In this document: positions 58,901 to 64,000 of the stretch, piece after piece
Layout of the letters: each line of letters starts with the position of its first letter
How positions within the stretch are numbered: position 1 is the first letter of the stretch
Assembly: GCA_964016885.1 (NCBI GenBank)
Contig: OZ024742.1
Location: 81,902,001 to 81,966,000, forward strand
From: Eledone cirrhosa
Taxonomy: Eukaryota
Direction of reading: 5' to 3'
Length of the DNA: 64,000 nt
The notes under the pieces: generated by a model
What the model was told of the DNA's origin: nothing
What the model saw: the letters and a program-made list of their open reading frames with translations, nothing else
Databases searched by the model: none
Made by a program: the position numbers and the translations under genes

Positions 58901-61143
58901 GACTTATTCGGCGGCCTCTTGGCAGACGTCTACTGCAACTGGCAACAGAACGGGAGAATTCCCAGCTCTGTGAGCCGAGGAGCGTGGCGCTGCTGGGAAA
59001 GGATCCAAACAAGGGGGTTAACATAGATAATTTCAGGCCCATAACTCTGATAAACACATATTTCAAGATATTGGCCAAGGTGCTAGCAAAGAGGTTGGCG
59101 CTTGTTGTCGTTGGTGGTCTAGTGAGAGAGGCGCAGACATGCGCCATTCTCGACAGATCCATCCACGACAACCTCCACCTCATAGGATACATCGTAGAGA
59201 GGGTAGCTAGGGAACCCGGCACGGGAGGGTCCTTGATCAATTTAGATCAGTCGAAAGCTTTCGATAGGGTCGGCCATCGTTACCTAGCGGCATTCCTGAA
59301 GGCGGTTGGCTTTGGGCCCGTCTTTTGAGGCTGGATAGCTGCCATGCACAGCGACATCTGCTCTCTGGTGAGAGTGGACGGTCACCTTTCAGAACCGTTC
59401 AACATCATGCGCTCGGTACGCCAAGGATGTCCCATCTCGTGCCTCTTGTACGTATTGACTATCGAGCCATTACTGCACAAACTGGAGGCGTCCCGCTAGA
59501 ACTAGGATGCGGAAGATCCGTGTCAGCATATGCGGGCGATGTCACCGTAGTGGTGTCGATCGGCAAACACATCGAGGCGATCGGCACTACACTAAGAGGA
59601 TACGAAGCGGTAACAGGAGCAATGATCAACCAGGAAAAGCCAGTGCGCCTGCAGCTCGGCACCTGGAGAGGCAGGTCCATGCCGTCCAACAGCGTCGAGG
59701 GGCGCTGGACCGACGGACCGGTTAAATTGCTAGGGCTCTGGTTCGATCCGGACCTCCAGACGGACAAAAACTGGGACGATGTGACGAGCAGGGTGGCTTC
59801 TCTCACCCAGAAATGGGCGGAGAGGAAGCTATCCCTGAAAGGTCGAGCGGAGATGGCTAACGCGTACATCGCGTCCGTCATCTGCTACCGCCTGACCGTC
59901 GTACCTTGTCCCAAGCCCCGCCTTACTGCGCTGGAGCGTTTGCTCTTTCGCATTTTGTGGAAGGGATGCGCACCGATGGTCAGGCGGTCCATCTGTTGTC
60001 AACACCCGCCACGTGGAGGGCTGGGCATGCCGTGCTGATGATGTGCAGAGACGCACTCAGGCTACGACATCTCCACCTCTTCCTTGACGGTGATCAGGTG
60101 TGGTCGCCGTTTGCTAGGCGCGTCTTTTCACAGCTCGTTCCCTTGACGGAGCTGCATTCCTGGGTGAAGCGAAGACCGAGAGGGAGCGCTTGGAGACTGG
60201 AATGTCTTGAGGCGCTCACAGACCTCGACTAATCAGGCAATGTGATCGGTGGAAACTCCACCTCGGCGTTCTATAGAGCATTAGTGGAGGCGAAGAGCGA
60301 TGACGTCCTTGGGGAAACTCTAGCCCTCGACGAAAATCAACTAGCCAATCTCTTCGGAATAACTCTCGGGCCGGGGCCTATGGACAACTTCCAGAAATCC
60401 CTGGCCTGGCAGTGCTACCGAGGAGCCTTGCTCATTTTGGATAAACTCTACAGGCATGCAGGTGCCGTCAACCGGGCATGTCCGAGATGCGTGCAGGGCG
60501 ACGAAACCGTTCTGCACGCACTCGTCCAGTGGCCGAGAATTGATGACTTGTGGGTTTATGTCGAACACCTGCTGTCGCGTGTAGGACGGATCCGGCTATC
60601 AGCTGAGTCCATCGTGAGGATTGCCCCTCCCTCTTCCTTTAGCCGGGAAGGGCAGGCAGTTTTTATCTGTCTGGTGGCCATGGCGAAAGAGATAGTATCG
60701 TGGACACGTTTGAAAGGCCTGAAGACGAGCACTTACCTCTTCGGTGATACCCTGATTAACTTTTTCAAATTTCATTTGAAAAGGAAAATCAGGGTAGGGG
60801 GAAAGTGCTCTCTTCCCAGCATTTTGTTGAAAGATGGGTGAGAGAAGCAAGAATGGCCCGAGTGAATGGGCCTACTCTGAGTAGGTGTCAGTAAATTAAA
60901 GGTGGAAAACTGGGAGAGAGCACTTGCTCTGGTGGTCAGGGTCACTGTGGCCTTTTAATGGGCTTTCCCCACAAATGTCCCTCCGAAGTCTCCCCCCTAA
61001 TGGGGAATTTTTTCATTGTTATTTTTTATTACATCCTCTGTTTTTTGTTTTTTACACGCAGAAATGCCCATTTGTACCGTCCTGTATTGTCCTGTACTGT
61101 CCTTAATGTCTACTTTATGTAAACCCTTGTGGTTAATAGAGAA
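55913..61143 (+). mobile_element. Near full-length Tx1/L1-clade LINE (ORF1 zinc knuckle; ORF2 APE-RT-zinc finger), decayed
   Basis: CVVCGDRTHLRAFC; RIGSINARGL, GGGVAVL, VGDW, SYIDR, TDHK, WKLNAS; KSPGLDGLP, RPITLIN, LDQSKAFDRV, RQGCPIS, AYAGDV, LSLKGRA, CPRC..ETVLHAL; followed by (TTA)n. 5' boundary approximate. Confidence 0.9.
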
Positions 61144-61176
<33 letters not shown>

Positions 61177-61539
61177 ATTATTATTATTATTCACTTATGA
61201 ATACATTTGGGTGTCCACCAATGTCGAAAACAAATATTGCTTTTAATTTTCGGCAAAGCCGACCGTAAATTCTCTTGGTATGCATATTAGTCTATGCATT
61301 CTCAGGATTTCCAGAGGGAAGCAGTGACGAGAGTATACAGTCTTGATGAGGAGGAAAACACCGGATGAATTGTCGACTATTTTCTCTCGACTTGACGCTG
61401 GAATAAAAAGATGATGTTGGTTATCTGAAAAAGACACATGGTGCTTATGAGGATGTTTGCTAGTAAACCAACCGGATTTTTATATTATTATAATATTATT
61501 ATCATTCACTCACGAATACACACACGCACACATTCACAC

Positions 61540-61636
<97 letters not shown>

Positions 61637-61706
61637 TACGTTATGTATGTATATATATATACATACATATAATATAAGATCAAAAGATGGTTAAAAGAGT
61701 TCCATG

Positions 61707-61776
61707 TATTTTAACATGCGCATTTCAAAAACATATATCATCATGCGATGACATTTGCGTTTTCGTCTGTAAAATA
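61707..61776 (-). ncRNA. Mutated hammerhead (mirror of 63217-63287)
   Basis: CAGACGA core and AUG at the cleavage triplet; stems II and III retained. Confidence 0.7.
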
Positions 61777-63216
61777 GGGAGACATAATATGAAGGTTAAA
61801 AAACACTTGTAAATAGTGCAGTTTTAAATCAACATATGAAAAGAAGTTTTAGATTGATGTGTGATATTGGGAAAAAAAATGAGGGGTGGTTGGAAAGGAT
61901 GAAAAAGAGCAAGTTATGAGAGTAATGAATGGAGGGGAGGAGTATAATAAGGAAGGATGAGGTAGGAGGAGAGATGGGTGATAGAGAGAGAGAGATAGTT
62001 TTTATAACTGAGAAAAATATATTGTTTTACAGAGAGAGGTTAAAAAACCGTTGGAAGATAATATATAAATTAAAAGAATTTGAAAGTTAACGAAGAGAAA
62101 AAATTAAGAATAATGTTAAATTAATGTTTGTATATTGAAGGGTTTAATAATATGTGCGATGAAGAGAAATTGTTAATATGTATTAAGAATAATATTAAAT
62201 TAAGGTTTCAATATTGAAGCTTTAATAAGGTGTGCGATGGAAAGAAATTATTGATATGTATTATTAAAATAAAAAATAGTAATGTTATTAAGGATATCAT
62301 GGGAAAAGAAGTAGAAGAGTGGATGAATTATGAATTTAGAGGAATTAGTTAGTGTTTAAGTTTGTTTTTATTTAATGTAATATGCATGTGAAATATATGT
62401 AAATAGTTTGTTTACAAATGCGCGCAGAAAGCATAGAAGGAGATAGTTTAAGGAGAAGATCTTAACATCAAAATATGTATGTTTATGAAGTATTTCCTAA
62501 TGGTAATAATATAATGTAATAAAGGAGATTAGTTAGGGTTTAAGTTTGTTTTTATGTATTGTGATGTGTAATATGTAAAAGTTAGACGAGCATGAAAGGC
62601 AGAAAAAAATAATGAATTGAGGATGAATAATCTAACGTCAAAAAAAATGTTTATGTTTACGAAGGATTTGTAAAGGTGATACTATCAAGTATTTAAAAGG
62701 GTAATAGTAAGTTTTATGGCCAGTGATAGGATGGAACAAGGAAGAGTGGATATATTGTGGTGAGTAATAATGAGAATTGAGAAGTATCTAGGGAGAAAAT
62801 GTACAGATTAGAGGTTAGAAATTAAAAGAAAAAAGGAAAAAAGGGAGAAAGGGAAGTGATAAATAGGAATGAGACAGAATGAGTAACTAGTATTATATAA
62901 TTTATAATAAATAACATTGAAATAAGGTAGAAAGATGGGTATATGTTTAAAGAAATATATATATATGACTTTGAGAAAAAGGATTTTAAATTGGTAAAGT
63001 ATTAGATATTAGCTGTATACTTTGTGGAATGTTCTGTGGAATTTATGCAAGCAGAGAGAAAATAAGTCAGTGCGTCTATTTATTATAGTATCTAAATCAG
63101 ATATAATGGTAAATTTCTCACATGTTTTGGATAGAGAAGCCTTCGCGGATGGAGAGGCAGAGCAAACTTTCCCCCAAGAGATGTTATAGTTAATATTTGT
63201 GTCTTTCATGTCTCCC

Positions 63217-63287
63217 TATTTTATCTGACGAAAAGGCAAATGTCATCGCATGATGATATTTGATTTTGAAATGCGCATAATAAAATA
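63217..63287 (+). ncRNA. Minimal type I hammerhead ribozyme (intact)
   Basis: tattttat-CTGACGA-aaaggcaaatgtcatc gcat gatgatatttgatttt-GAAA-tgcgca-TA-ataaaata; perfect 8-bp stem I, 16-bp stem II with one mismatch, palindromic stem III. Confidence 0.9.
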
Positions 63288-63413
63288 CATATAACTCATT
63301 TAACCATCTTTTGATCTTATATTATTTATGCTCCAGTCCTACAAACTGTAGAGTGCTACTTATCCGATATCTGCATTGCTTTATTGTACTACAATAAAAC
63401 TCACCTCCTACAT

Positions 63414-63460
<47 letters not shown>

Positions 63461-63495
63461 CATACATATATACATACACACATATATATACACAT

Positions 63496-63570
<75 letters not shown>

Positions 63571-63812
63571 TGTGTATATGTATATATATGTATATATATG
63601 TGTACATGTATGTGTATACATATATGTGTATGTATATATATATATGTATGTATATATATATATATGTATATATATATGTATATATATATATATGTATATA
63701 TGTGTGTATGTATATATATATATGTATGTATATATGTGTATGTGTATGTATGTGTATGTATAAGTTTGTGTATATATATATGTGTATGTATATATGTGTA
63801 TGTATATATTAT

Positions 63813-64000
63813 GTCAGGTCACCAGTTGGTGCTACTGGTAACATGTATCCCAGTACAACCCGTCTCATGGTCGGGTCGTTGGCGACTAAACTGGCAACCC
63901 CACCAAGGTTTCTTGGTGAGGAGGGTGACTTTGGACAACCTGCAGGACTAAAAACTAAACCTGTCAAAGGGCAAAGGAGATCTTCAGATTCAATGGCCAT
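63813..64000 (+). mobile_element. 5' end of a third copy of the ~600 bp non-coding element (runs off window)
   Basis: Reverse complement of ~42002-42183. Confidence 0.8.

Larger units (their letters stand above)
61669..63325 (-). mobile_element. 5'-truncated Naiad-type PLE with inverted pLTR (P5: 61669-61785 and 63208-63325)
   Basis: 63009-63209(-) encodes YNISWGKV..CEKFTII..NRRTDLFSLCLH (GIY-YIG tail); ~117 bp inverted termini each hold a hammerhead. Confidence 0.85.

Overview
Eukaryotic, AT-rich, repeat-saturated DNA with no supportable host gene. The SINE family and the (TA)n/(CA)n load suggest an octopus-type cephalopod (inference). The window is a nest of decayed transposons: four R4/Dong RLE-LINE copies, an RTE LINE, two Tx1/L1-like LINEs, a Rep-helicase Helitron plus a probable non-autonomous one, a Chapaev3 (CMC) DNA transposon with intact TIRs and TSD, about nine tRNA-derived SINE copies or fragments, and many Penelope-like elements (PLEs). 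The most interesting signals are RNA-level. (1) About twelve minimal type-I hammerhead ribozyme motifs, four of them essentially intact, most sitting near the outer ends of five or six long inverted-repeat (fold-back) structures bounded by (TA)n; these look like non-coding, hairpin-shaped PLE derivatives. (2) A near-complete PLE whose coiled-coil-like upstream ORF is joined to the RT/GIY-YIG ORF by a correctly phased U-UUU-UUA -1 slippery site, and whose 5' end maps exactly to its own hammerhead cleavage site. Family names come from motif recognition by eye, not database searches.
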